Positions 1 through 7,398 of a stretch of DNA of 64,000 bases are shown here, piece by piece. How positions within the stretch are numbered: position 1 is the first letter of the stretch; every line of letters starts with the position of its first letter. The stretch comes from a virus (taxonomy: Duplodnaviria > Caudoviricetes), in IMG/VR virus record IMGVR_UViG_3300033072_000360, positions 129 to 64,128 of that record; one strand, 5' to 3'. Under the pieces are notes generated by a model. The model saw only the letters and a list, made by a program, of their open reading frames with translations. It searched no databases and was not told where the DNA came from. The translations under genes were made by a program, and so were the position numbers.

Positions 1-329
1 AGATGTTTAGCAAGCTCTTCACGAACTTGCTTTGTGTGCTGATGTAAATCACCAGCAACATAATTGTCTGGTGCATCAGCATCAAACTCTATGTAAACCT
101 TTTGGCTGTACGCCATATAAGGATCGTTGACGTAGCTGAATACCTTAATGGTGCGATGTTCAGCGGGGAACACCTTAATCATAAACTTTAGGTCAGCGAC
201 CTTAATGACTTTATGATTCAGGCAAACAAATGTTTGCTCCCAGTCGATTTGAGATGGAATACCATCTCCTTTGAAGTTGCATTGCATGGTGTATGTCCCA
301 TGTAACGCTGTTGTTTTCTTAACAGGCAT
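1..329 (-). CDS. hypothetical protein (3' end runs off the window)
   Basis: AAGGAGG RBS then ATG at 329; open frame MPVKKTTALHGTYTMQCNFKGDG... to the window edge; not in the supplied ORF track. Confidence 0.7.
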   Translation of the reverse strand, partial: MPVKKTTALHGTYTMQCNFKGDGIPSQIDWEQTFVCLNHKVIKVADLKFMIKVFPAEHRTIKVFSYVNDPYMAYSQKVYIEFDADAPDNYVAGDLHQHTKQVREELAKH

Positions 330-377
330 GATTGCCTCCTTGAGTTAGTGGTGTTTATGGCACACCCTAAAAGCCAA

Positions 378-420
378 TGCGAGGGGGAGGACTCGAACCT
401 CCCCAGTATGCCCTACTCGC
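378..420 (-). ncRNA. tRNA-like minihelix (acceptor stem + T arm, no D or anticodon arm)
   Basis: Minus strand GCGAG-TAGGGCATACT-GGGGAGG-TTCGAGT-CCTCCCC-CTCGC-A: 5 bp + 7 bp stems, canonical T-loop, unpaired 3' A. Confidence 0.45.
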
Positions 421-934
421 TACGCTTTTTAAGTTCGTTGGTACGAGCTATTTGAAGCTTTTGTTTAATGATCATTGCGTGTATTAGCGTCTTGTACACG
501 CTTGATGGCGTCTCAATGACTGTGCCATCTGTCTTACAGCACGATGCACCCATGATCGGTGCTTCTTGCGTAAACACAGACGCACTCGATGTACGTCTGG
601 CTTCTGCCTTATGTCCGCTTATTTTGAGATACTGTTCTGCCATCTCATTAGCGTGACCATAATCATCAAAGGTCAGAACCCATTCTTCGTCGAATTCATT
701 GCGAATTGAAACAAATTCGCCTAACTCAACGTCGCCATTTTCTGTTTCTTTTTCAATGGATGCGAATAAACAGATTGGATGCGTTGGCGGCATCATATAA
801 TCCTTCAACTTAATCTCATCGCCATCAGCTAAACGTTCGCATTGACGAACGTAAGCGCGAGCCATCAGCTTCTCTGTGTGCTTGTACAGAGCCAGTTGAA
901 ACTTTTTGTTCAAGCATTTTAATATGTTTGACAT
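413..934 (-). CDS. hypothetical early protein
   Basis: ORF 413..955; GAGGAG RBS favours the ATG at 934 (MSNILK). Confidence 0.7.
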   Translation of the reverse strand: MSNILKCLNKKFQLALYKHTEKLMARAYVRQCERLADGDEIKLKDYMMPPTHPICLFASIEKETENGDVELGEFVSIRNEFDEEWVLTFDDYGHANEMAEQYLKISGHKAEARRTSSASVFTQEAPIMGASCCKTDGTVIETPSSVYKTLIHAMIIKQKLQIARTNELKKRSE

Positions 935-937
935 ATT

Positions 938-1006
938 TCTCCTCAAGGGAGACATTATTGCCTCCCACTTAACATAAAAAAAGGGAGGCCTGAGCCTCCC
1001 TTGATT
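938..1006 (-). repeat. intergenic module copy 1: intrinsic terminator + second hairpin + RBS
   Basis: AAGGGAGGC-TCAG-GCCTCCCTT-TTTTT, then GGGAGGCA-ATAA-TGTCTCCC, then TTGAGGAG; near-identical to 1502-1570. Confidence 0.8.
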
Positions 1007-1496
1007 ATAGTTGCCTCGTTGGAACGAGCATTACTTCTTCAAAGTAGTAATGCTTTGACGTCGATCTGTTTGGCTCCCAAGTCCCACCAAAGAGCTTGTA
1101 CAATTCTTTCTTTTGGTCTTGGGTGAGCTTGGCTGCTTCCCACTCTTCCTCAGTGGGTTCGTAATCGTACATGCGATCTATCGTGTAACGATGAACCTCT
1201 GTTTCATTGCCGAGTACATTGATGTACTTGCGCGTTGTTTTGTGGACGTTCAGCCACTTACACTCATGGAGTGTAGGGTATATCCGGAGAACGTTGTCGT
1301 AGTCCTCCTGATTCCACTCGTTGTAGCGTTTGTCCCATCCCTCAATGTGAGATGGCAGTGCATTGTAGAAAGCCGTCTCAACGGCGTCTTTATCGCAGCC
1401 GACTGCGATGAGCGTTGTTGTCCGTTCATTCCAATCATCGACGTCAACTACTGTTGCCAAATAGGCAATAGAGACCTCTGCTGTTTTCATGTTCAT
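1005..1496 (-). CDS. hypothetical early protein
   Basis: ORF 1005..1532; GAGGAG RBS favours the ATG at 1496 (MNMKTAEV). Confidence 0.75.
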   Translation of the reverse strand: MNMKTAEVSIAYLATVVDVDDWNERTTTLIAVGCDKDAVETAFYNALPSHIEGWDKRYNEWNQEDYDNVLRIYPTLHECKWLNVHKTTRKYINVLGNETEVHRYTIDRMYDYEPTEEEWEAAKLTQDQKKELYKLFGGTWEPNRSTSKHYYFEEVMLVPTRQL

Positions 1497-1501
1497 GAAA
1501 C

Positions 1502-1570
1502 TCTCCTCAAAGGGAACATTATTGTCCCTCACTTAACACAAAAAAAGGGAGGCCGTAGCCTCCCTTGATT
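1502..1570 (-). repeat. intergenic module copy 2: intrinsic terminator + second hairpin + RBS
   Basis: AAGGGAGGC-TACG-GCCTCCCTT-TTTTT (UNCG loop), AGGGACA-ATAA-TGTTCCCT, TTGAGGAG. Confidence 0.8.
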
Positions 1571-2124
1571 TATTCGTTGTCGTACTTGAAGAAGTCGGCC
1601 ATCTCGGCCTCGTTCTGTGCTTTGACTGCCTTTCTCTCGGCAATCATGTGATCCCAGCATAGCTGGCGCTTCTCTAACATCTCATCAGATAAGTCATGTG
1701 CATGGCACATCATGACATATCCGACTCTGTACATCATCTTCTTACTGCCATACATGGTGTTGAACCATGTTTCAACGTAAACAGTAAATTCTCTGGATTG
1801 TGCTGTCCACTCAATGGCTACGTCGCATCCATCCATCTGGAGTACACACTCGCTGTCACCGCAAAACTCTTTATGGCCTTCCAAATACCACTTGAGGGCT
1901 TCTTCGAAAAATGCATGCTCCCAGCAGTATGTTGCTGCCCGGAAACACTTGCGAGCACGGCTATCCTTGTGCTCGTCTTCAAACTCAACGCCGTTTAGCG
2001 TCTTAATGAAGTAAGACCGCTTCTCACTCAGATCACTGAGTGCGGAAAGCACTTTTACGGTTACTTCCTGCTCACCTTCATGGGTAAGAGGGCAGTGCGG
2101 ATCGTAATTGATGTATAGACTCAT
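1570..2124 (-). CDS. hypothetical early protein
   Basis: 184-aa ORF with TGAGGA RBS. Confidence 0.75.
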   Translation of the reverse strand: MSLYINYDPHCPLTHEGEQEVTVKVLSALSDLSEKRSYFIKTLNGVEFEDEHKDSRARKCFRAATYCWEHAFFEEALKWYLEGHKEFCGDSECVLQMDGCDVAIEWTAQSREFTVYVETWFNTMYGSKKMMYRVGYVMMCHAHDLSDEMLEKRQLCWDHMIAERKAVKAQNEAEMADFFKYDNE

Positions 2125-2130
2125 TGTTTA

Positions 2131-2192
2131 TCCTCAATGACAACATGATTGTTATCATTTGTAAAAATAGAGGAGGCTTGCGCCTCCCCCTT
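2131..2192 (-). repeat. intergenic module copy 3 (diverged sequence, same architecture)
   Basis: GGGGAGGC-GCAA-GCCTCCTC-TATTTTT, ATGATAACA-ATCA-TGTTGTCAT, TGAGGA. Confidence 0.65.
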
Positions 2193-2199
2193 GTGCTAA

Positions 2200-2484
2200 C
2201 TAGTTACCCTTGAGGGCCTCGTTGTTAGCAACTGCGTTGTCGTAGGCTTCACTCGCCATGCGACTCATCTCCACACGCTGATTGCTGATGACATTGTTCA
2301 TCATCAGTAATCCCATACCCATGACGCCAATGATGGCGAACATGAATACGACAGTCCCACTGAGCTTCTTCGTTTCTGCTTGATAGAACGCAGCGCGATT
2401 GGCTGCGTTGTCACGCTCGTCAAGCAACTGCATGAAATGCTCTTGGACATACTTACTCTGGCGGTTAATCTGTTCTGGTGTCAT
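2200..2484 (-). CDS. small membrane protein (single TM helix)
   Basis: GGGAG RBS before MTPEQINRQ; hydrophobic stretch VVFMFAIIGVMGMGLLMM. Confidence 0.65.
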   Translation of the reverse strand: MTPEQINRQSKYVQEHFMQLLDERDNAANRAAFYQAETKKLSGTVVFMFAIIGVMGMGLLMMNNVISNQRVEMSRMASEAYDNAVANNEALKGN

Positions 2485-2598
2485 GATTGACTCCCTTTTT
2501 TGTTTGATTGGGTACTGACTACCCATAGAGACACGATTACTCGAATCTCTAAGGGGAGTGAATACGAACTCAATGACAACGGCTTTTGATTTTTTTTG

Positions 2599-2644
2599 AA
2601 AAATATCCCACCCACCCCGCATCGTGTGCGAGGTAGGTGGGATA
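2599..2644 (-). terminator. long-stem intrinsic terminator
   Basis: 18-bp stem TATCCCACCTACCTCGCA / TGCGGGGTGGGTGGGATA (2 G-U pairs), 5-nt loop, followed by TTTTT, right after the stop at 2648. Confidence 0.7.
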
Positions 2645-2647
2645 GAC

Positions 2648-3181
2648 TTAGCCTTCGATGAGGTCGAGGACCGCATCTCTGATGGAAGCCGCTTGCTCGT
2701 CCACCTTCGTGAACGACCGCTCTTGCTTCTCCACTATTGCCATATCTAGAATGAGCTTAGATATAGCCTGTCCGACTGCTACCGGGTCATAGCGTAGCGT
2801 ATACTTCGCAACGAGCGCAGATACACGCGTAATGCGCTGTTCCGTATCTGTTATGCTACGGGTTTTATTGTATACGTTAGATGCTACCGTGCGGGCGGTA
2901 ATGCTGTTGCATCCGCAACGCATCAATACATCCGTCAAGCCTACGCGAAAGTGTACGGGTTTGACCTCTGCTGTTGCATCGGTTGTTGCATCGGTTGTTG
3001 CATCGGTTGTTGCATCGGTTGTTGTTACCTCTGCTGTTACCTCTGCTGTTACCTCTGCTGTTACCTCTGCTGTTGCATCGGTTGTTGTTACCTCTGCTGT
3101 TACCTCTGCTGTTGCATCGGTTGTTGTTGCATCGGTTGTTGTTACCTCTGCTGTTGCATCGGTTGTTGTTGTTTTTGCCAT
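2648..3181 (-). CDS. protein with N-terminal Thr/Ala/Glu/Val/Asp tandem repeats
   Basis: MAKTTTTDATAEVTTTDAT... repeats followed by a non-repetitive domain of about 90 aa; start at 3181 is inferred. Confidence 0.7.
   Translation of the reverse strand: MAKTTTTDATAEVTTTDATTTDATAEVTAEVTTTDATAEVTAEVTAEVTAEVTTTDATTDATTDATTDATAEVKPVHFRVGLTDVLMRCGCNSITARTVASNVYNKTRSITDTEQRITRVSALVAKYTLRYDPVAVGQAISKLILDMAIVEKQERSFTKVDEQAASIRDAVLDLIEG
2964..3173. repeat. coding minisatellite of 12/15-bp units
   Basis: Mosaic of GTTACCTCTGCT and GTTGCATCGGTT(GTT) units. Confidence 0.9.
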
Positions 3182-3305
3182 TGTGTAAAACCTATCTGCT
3201 ACGATATCCGGTATGCATACCATCCGATATTGTGTATCGGTTGTTTACATCCGGTTTCGTGCCACGTATCACACCACCCAGCGGGCGGTGAATACGTATA
3301 TATAC

Positions 3306-3402
3306 GGGAGCAGGATTTAGCGGAGCAGTCGGGTGGATAAGCAGGGGCAGGGCAAGGGGGCATAGGCAAGGGGGTGGGGTAGGTCAGAGGGGAGCAGAGG
3401 GA
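3306..3402 (+). other. G-rich non-coding tract at the strand-divergence point (possible packaging/terminus region)
   Basis: Multiple GGG-GGGGG runs, very few T, no ORF; separates the minus-strand early arm from the plus-strand arm. Confidence 0.35.
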
Positions 3403-3510
3403 CTCCGACAGCTATATTCTCATCATCCTATTTTTACTATTTCTCCTTACGGAGAAGACACTCTCCAACCTCCTATAACATCCATATAATCTGGTATACT
3501 TACGGTATGT

Positions 3511-3582
3511 TCCTACTTAGCTCAGCGGTAGAGCGTCCGGCTGTTAACCGGATGGTCGCTGGTTCGATCCCAGCAGTAGGAG
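3511..3582 (+). tRNA. trnN: tRNA-Asn (GTT)
   Basis: TCCTACT/AGTAGGA acceptor, GCTC/GAGC D stem, TCCGG-CTGTTAA-CCGGA anticodon arm, GCTGG-TTCGATC-CCAGC T arm; CCA not encoded. Confidence 0.95.
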
Positions 3583-3664
3583 TCCCCCATGTATGTAAAC
3601 GCACTGGGGATAGCGTCGCACCCTGTGGACCTTTCATACTCTTTCTGCCACGGGGTGAGGCGTT

Positions 3665-3907
3665 ATGAATAAGCGTTGTAAGCTGAACGTTGATCAGGCG
3701 ATTCAAATCAAGAGGCTACATGCTTGTGGTTGGACGCAGTTAGCTATAGCGTCACGTTATGGTGTACGACAGCAACAGGTTGGTCGCATTGTACGTGGTG
3801 AGCAATGGGCTAAAGGAATACAGCGTATTGAGGATCGTGATACGCACAGAAAAATACTTGACATGTTACAGATATGCCGTAACATACCTTCAGCCACCGA
3901 GAGGTGA
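3665..3907 (+). CDS. helix-turn-helix DNA-binding protein
   Basis: KLNVDQAIQIKRLHACGWTQLAIASRYGVRQQQVGRIVRGEQW is a typical phage HTH pattern. Confidence 0.7.
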   Translation: MNKRCKLNVDQAIQIKRLHACGWTQLAIASRYGVRQQQVGRIVRGEQWAKGIQRIEDRDTHRKILDMLQICRNIPSATER

Positions 3908-3966
3908 GCTTTTGAAAGGCAGAGACCTCCTCCTCCGCCCGTCAAATTCATACTCTGCATACAAAG

Positions 3967-3995
3967 AAAGACCAGCCAGCCCCGCTGGTCTTTTT
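3967..3995 (+). terminator. intrinsic terminator
   Basis: AAAGACCAGC-CAGCCCC-GCTGGTCTTT-TT. Confidence 0.7.
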
Positions 3996-4020
3996 GTTAT
4001 AATAGGTAAGGAGATTCACC

Positions 4021-4659
4021 ATGCCACAGACGCCCAAAAAACAAAAGGATACTTATCCAATATCGCCACCGCCAACTAAGATTAATCAACGCACAGGAGA
4101 TGCTGCACCCGGACAAGGTAAATACCTTACACGTCTAGCAAACAACAGGGCATCAATTACTGTGAATCGTCTTAATGACATTGGTACATTATATGATTCA
4201 CCAAACAGGCCGTATAAAGGTTTTTATAAAAGAGACTATCTCAACGTACCGCGCACAGATGCATATTATGAAGAGATAAATCCACTACGAAAATTTAAAT
4301 TAGACTCAGAAACTCTTCAAAAAAATTTAGTGCGGAGTAATCAAGTAACTGACTCGTTAAAATTACCACAGTCCGATAAAGGTAAAGCAGCACAGATTCA
4401 ATCCAAGGCAGCACCTAAACCATCAGTCGTTGAAACTGCTGCAAAAACAGCAGCAGGTACAGGTGTTCTGGCTAGTCCACTTGCTAAAGGTGTAGGTGCA
4501 ATTGGAGTTGTTGCTGCAGCTCAAAAGGGTGCAGGGCTACCACCAAAACAAGAAAATGCAGCGGTTGACGAATGGAACAAACGCACAAATTATGGACGCA
4601 TACAAGGCCCTACATCAAAAGCTTTGGGTGTAGTAAACGTAAAACCCGGTAGTAAATAA
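4021..4659 (+). CDS. hypothetical Lys/Pro/Ala-rich protein
   Basis: 212-aa ORF, AAGGAG RBS, TG-T-TATAAT extended -10 just upstream. Confidence 0.7.
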   Translation: MPQTPKKQKDTYPISPPPTKINQRTGDAAPGQGKYLTRLANNRASITVNRLNDIGTLYDSPNRPYKGFYKRDYLNVPRTDAYYEEINPLRKFKLDSETLQKNLVRSNQVTDSLKLPQSDKGKAAQIQSKAAPKPSVVETAAKTAAGTGVLASPLAKGVGAIGVVAAAQKGAGLPPKQENAAVDEWNKRTNYGRIQGPTSKALGVVNVKPGSK

Positions 4660-5039
4660 TGTACGAATACGGAATTAAATTTAAAAGAGTTGTCGATGGA
4701 GATACTTTCGTTTGTGATATCGACCTTGGTTTTGGTGTATGGCTGCTGGATCAGCACTGTAGGTTGCATGGTCTTGATACGCCAGAAAAGGATACAGCAG
4801 AAGGCAAGAAATGCATCCTTGAAGCTAAATTCTGGTTTGACGACGCCGCAAATAGACTCGAAAAGTTCTCAATCCAAGTAGAAGTCAAGGCAGATAAGTA
4901 TGGACGCAGGTTGGTCCGCGTACGCACCGACAAGTCGCCTTGTACACTCAATGAACAATTGGTCCGTGATGGACATGCCGTCTGGTATATGGGCGGAAAT
5001 AAACAAGACGCTTGGAACAATAAAAAAGCCCCTCTGTGA
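4659..5039 (+). CDS. thermonuclease (SNase-like) family protein
   Basis: RVVDGDT, RLHGLDTPE and DKYGRRL motifs. Confidence 0.85.
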   Translation: MYEYGIKFKRVVDGDTFVCDIDLGFGVWLLDQHCRLHGLDTPEKDTAEGKKCILEAKFWFDDAANRLEKFSIQVEVKADKYGRRLVRVRTDKSPCTLNEQLVRDGHAVWYMGGNKQDAWNNKKAPL

Positions 5040-5050
5040 AGGGGCTTTTT
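5022..5050. terminator. bidirectional-type intrinsic terminator
   Basis: AAAAAAGCCCCT-CTGTGA-AGGGGCTTTTT. Confidence 0.75.
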
Positions 5051-5132
5051 ACTTCGCTCGACTTAAAATTCTCTAGGCATGATGGGCGGACTTTTAAGTT
5101 TTCATCGCGTTGTGAACACATAATACCATACT

Positions 5133-5147
5133 TACTTACGGTATAAT
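5133..5147 (+). promoter_or_regulatory. conserved phage promoter motif TACTTACGG-TATAAT
   Basis: Exact consensus, 9 nt upstream of tRNA-Leu and thyX. Confidence 0.75.
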
Positions 5148-5156
5148 TCTGCATCA

Positions 5157-5237
5157 GCCTCGGTGGTGAAATGGTAGACACGACGGACTTAAAATCCGTT
5201 GTCGCAAGACGTACGGGTTCGAATCCCGTCTGAGGCA
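5157..5237 (+). tRNA. trnL: tRNA-Leu (TAA)
   Basis: GCCTCGG/CTGAGGC acceptor, ACGGA-CTTAAAA-TCCGT anticodon arm, variable arm GTC-GCAA-GAC, ACGGG-TTCGAAT-CCCGT T arm. Confidence 0.95.
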
Positions 5238-5247
5238 TGGAGGAAAA

Positions 5248-5904
5248 ATGGCAGCCACACTTAAGTATATTCAGCCTGACGCAGAACAATTTATGATTCA
5301 CGTTGCACGTGTGTCATCCGATCGTCAAGATAATCCAGAATATGAACGACTACTGACATATTGCATGAAACATGGTCATTGGTCTGTGTTTGAAATGGTT
5401 GATGTAGTCATGGAAATCTATACTTCTAGAGCTGTATCAGCGCAGATCCTACGCCACAGAAGTTTTCACTTTCAAGAATTCAGCCAGCGTTACGCCGATC
5501 CATCTAAAATTGAAATGGATTTACCTAAAATGCGCCAACGTGGTTCATCTAACAGGCAAGGAAGTTTGCCGTATATGGATCATGAAATGCAATACACCAT
5601 GGACAACAAGGCACTTGCTCCTGTCCTGTATTCAATACGCGCATATCAAGATTTAGTAGACAGCGGAGTTGCTTTAGAGTCTGCCAGATTGATATTGCCT
5701 ATGTGTGTTGGCACTCGCTTATACATGAAAGGCACAGTGCGAGACTGGATGCACTACTGTCGAGTACGCATGACGCCACATACGCAAGTAGAACATCGTG
5801 AAATTGCTACAGATTGCTGGAATGTACTAACAGAAGTACTACCGATTACCACTGGAGCATTTAAGAAGTACCACATGGAGTCAACAGATGACATTACTGA
5901 TTGA
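5248..5904 (+). CDS. thyX: FAD-dependent thymidylate synthase
   Basis: HWSVFE and RHRSFHFQEFSQRY ThyX signature; ESARLILP. Confidence 0.95.
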   Translation: MAATLKYIQPDAEQFMIHVARVSSDRQDNPEYERLLTYCMKHGHWSVFEMVDVVMEIYTSRAVSAQILRHRSFHFQEFSQRYADPSKIEMDLPKMRQRGSSNRQGSLPYMDHEMQYTMDNKALAPVLYSIRAYQDLVDSGVALESARLILPMCVGTRLYMKGTVRDWMHYCRVRMTPHTQVEHREIATDCWNVLTEVLPITTGAFKKYHMESTDDITD

Positions 5905-6133
5905 TGCAGGGATTGATTCCGACATTAGAGTGGAAGAATTGCCGTCAGGAGCCTTCACAATCACGCTACACGGGCACAAGTACAGTAGTCCAGACATTGG
6001 GACTGCGTGTACTGTAATCTATTTAAAAATGGTGCATGGAGCCAAGGTTCCGTGTCGGTTTTTCATAGAATTTCAACAACGTGCAATAGAAGAATATTAC
6101 TTACGGTATACTAATAGGCATGAACCTAATTAA
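5888..6133 (+). CDS. hypothetical protein
   Basis: 81-aa ORF overlapping the thyX stop. Confidence 0.6.
   Translation: MTLLIDAGIDSDIRVEELPSGAFTITLHGHKYSSPDIGTACTVIYLKMVHGAKVPCRFFIEFQQRAIEEYYLRYTNRHEPN
6098..6112 (+). promoter_or_regulatory. promoter motif copy (TACTTACGG-TATACT)
   Basis: 7 nt upstream of the ATG at 6120. Confidence 0.7.
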
Positions 6134-6353
6134 ACCCGGAGTCGGATGCAATATTTCCGTAGATCAAACGTTGGATTTTACAGATGGCAACAACATCTTG
6201 TTTACGGTTTCCATGAATGACGCTGAAATTATTAGTGGAAATGTAGTTGCTGTTGCAAAATGGCTGTGCAGATCTACCGAAAACACAGATGTTAAAGTGC
6301 CAAGTAAATTTGTTATTACGTTCGCAAAGATGGCGTTGGATTCACTGTCATGA
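6120..6353 (+). CDS. hypothetical protein
   Basis: 77-aa ORF, ATGA-coupled to dut. Confidence 0.6.
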   Translation: MNLIKPGVGCNISVDQTLDFTDGNNILFTVSMNDAEIISGNVVAVAKWLCRSTENTDVKVPSKFVITFAKMALDSLS

Positions 6354-6814
6354 AATTGGAGCTTGAATGGTGCGGTAAACCAGAAGATGACTATCGCACC
6401 TTCTTGCCTGTCAGAAAGACGCCCTTGTCATCTGGCGTTGATTTAAAAGCTTATAACACTAAGCCTATTACAATTAAACCGGGTACAAATGCTCTTATTT
6501 CAACTGGATGGAAAGTAAAAATTCCTGAAGGCCATGAGGCGCAAATTAGATCTAGGTCAGGCATGGCCTACAAGCAATCCGTGTGGGTGCAGAATTGCCC
6601 CGGAACGATAGACAGAGACTATCAAGGGGAGTTACTTGTCTTACTTTACAACGGTAGTAGCGAAAACAGAGTCATTCTTCGAGGGATGGCCATTGCGCAG
6701 CTTGTCATTGCTCCTGTTGCATTACCAGAAATTGTCCCTGTAGCAGATGACGTATTGTTTGACATACCGTCAGTTCGTAAAGATGGTGGATTTGGAAGTA
6801 CTGGTGATTATTGA
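6350..6814 (+). CDS. dut: trimeric dUTP diphosphatase
   Basis: Five motifs: SSGVDL, RSRSGMA, GTIDRDYQGE, IAQLV, RKDGGFGSTG. Confidence 0.95.
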   Translation: MKLELEWCGKPEDDYRTFLPVRKTPLSSGVDLKAYNTKPITIKPGTNALISTGWKVKIPEGHEAQIRSRSGMAYKQSVWVQNCPGTIDRDYQGELLVLLYNGSSENRVILRGMAIAQLVIAPVALPEIVPVADDVLFDIPSVRKDGGFGSTGDY

Positions 6815-7119
6815 TGCGCTTTGATCATTACAGAAATAGATACCAAACGGTAGATATTGCTAAGGATTGGAATTTATCTGGCCCATTATTTAATGTGCTT
6901 AAGTATATTCAACGCAGAGGGCGTAAGGAAAACAACTCTACTGAACAAGATCTATTAAAAGCAATTTGGTATCTTGTTTATGAGTTAACATCTGATACGA
7001 ATATGTGTGAAAAAGTCGTATCAACACTTGGTATATCGTTAAAGCCAGTACGATTAACGGAAAAATGTTCATGCCCTGAGTGCGAAAACGCACGACTTGC
7101 TAGGCAAAAGCAGCTATAA
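6814..7119 (+). CDS. DUF3310-like protein (family related to T7 gp1.7 nucleotide kinase)
   Basis: DHY...NVLKYIQRRGRK...QDLLKAIWYL pattern. Confidence 0.75.
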   Translation: MRFDHYRNRYQTVDIAKDWNLSGPLFNVLKYIQRRGRKENNSTEQDLLKAIWYLVYELTSDTNMCEKVVSTLGISLKPVRLTEKCSCPECENARLARQKQL

Positions 7120-7168
7120 TAAAGCACCCTGACACCATATCAAACAGGGACAACAACAACCAAATGGT

Positions 7169-7194
7169 AAAGAGGAAGTGCAAGCTTCCTCTTT
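7169..7194. terminator. bidirectional intrinsic terminator between convergent genes
   Basis: AAAGAGGAAG-TGCAAG-CTTCCTCTTT. Confidence 0.7.
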
Positions 7195-7200
7195 ATTTGT

Positions 7201-7347
7201 TTAACACGTACACTTACTAACTGGTTTTCCGCAATCAGGACAAACATCTTCTTTAGGCGTACGGTCTTTACCTTTATAAAGACCTTGCTTCATACCAGAC
7301 TTCATTCCCTTTTTAATTCCCGGCGATGCCATTTGCTTGAGATCCAT
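7201..7347 (-). CDS. small basic protein with C-terminal Cys cluster
   Basis: GGAG RBS, MDLKQMASPGIKKGMKSGMKQG...CPDCGKPVSKCTC. Confidence 0.55.
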   Translation of the reverse strand: MDLKQMASPGIKKGMKSGMKQGLYKGKDRTPKEDVCPDCGKPVSKCTC

Positions 7348-7364
7348 TTTGCACTCCTGCCTAT

Positions 7365-7379
7365 TACCTACGGTATAAT
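7365..7379 (+). promoter_or_regulatory. promoter motif copy (TACCTACGG-TATAAT)
   Basis: Directly upstream of the GGAGG RBS of ssb. Confidence 0.7.
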
Positions 7380-7398
7380 GCACCTTGGAGGAACCGTA

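Noticed and set aside
2539-2545. Second TTCGAGT T-loop-like heptamer on the minus strand
   Set aside because: Flanks do not form a 5-bp T stem or an acceptor helix.
2485-2676. N-terminal extension of ORF 2200..2676
   Set aside because: It runs through a terminator and an A-tract; a good RBS sits before the ATG at 2484.
2964-3173. Possible CRISPR array
   Set aside because: Units are 12-15 bp, contiguous with no unique spacers, in-frame in a CDS, and no cas genes are present.
2832-3340. Plus-strand ORFs encoding CCIGCCYL, LLLHRLLLP and VASVVT repeats
   Set aside because: They are shadow frames of the minisatellite, with no RBS; the minus-strand frame continues into a normal globular domain.
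4659-7119. thyX/dut/DUF3310/thermonuclease cluster as a DNA hypermodification system
   Set aside because: These are common phage nucleotide-supply genes; no glycosyltransferase, hydroxymethylase, PurZ or queuosine-pathway genes were seen.
7285-7398. N-terminal extension of ssb in the ORF track
   Set aside because: SSB homology starts at the GTG at 7399, after the GGAGG RBS and the promoter motif.
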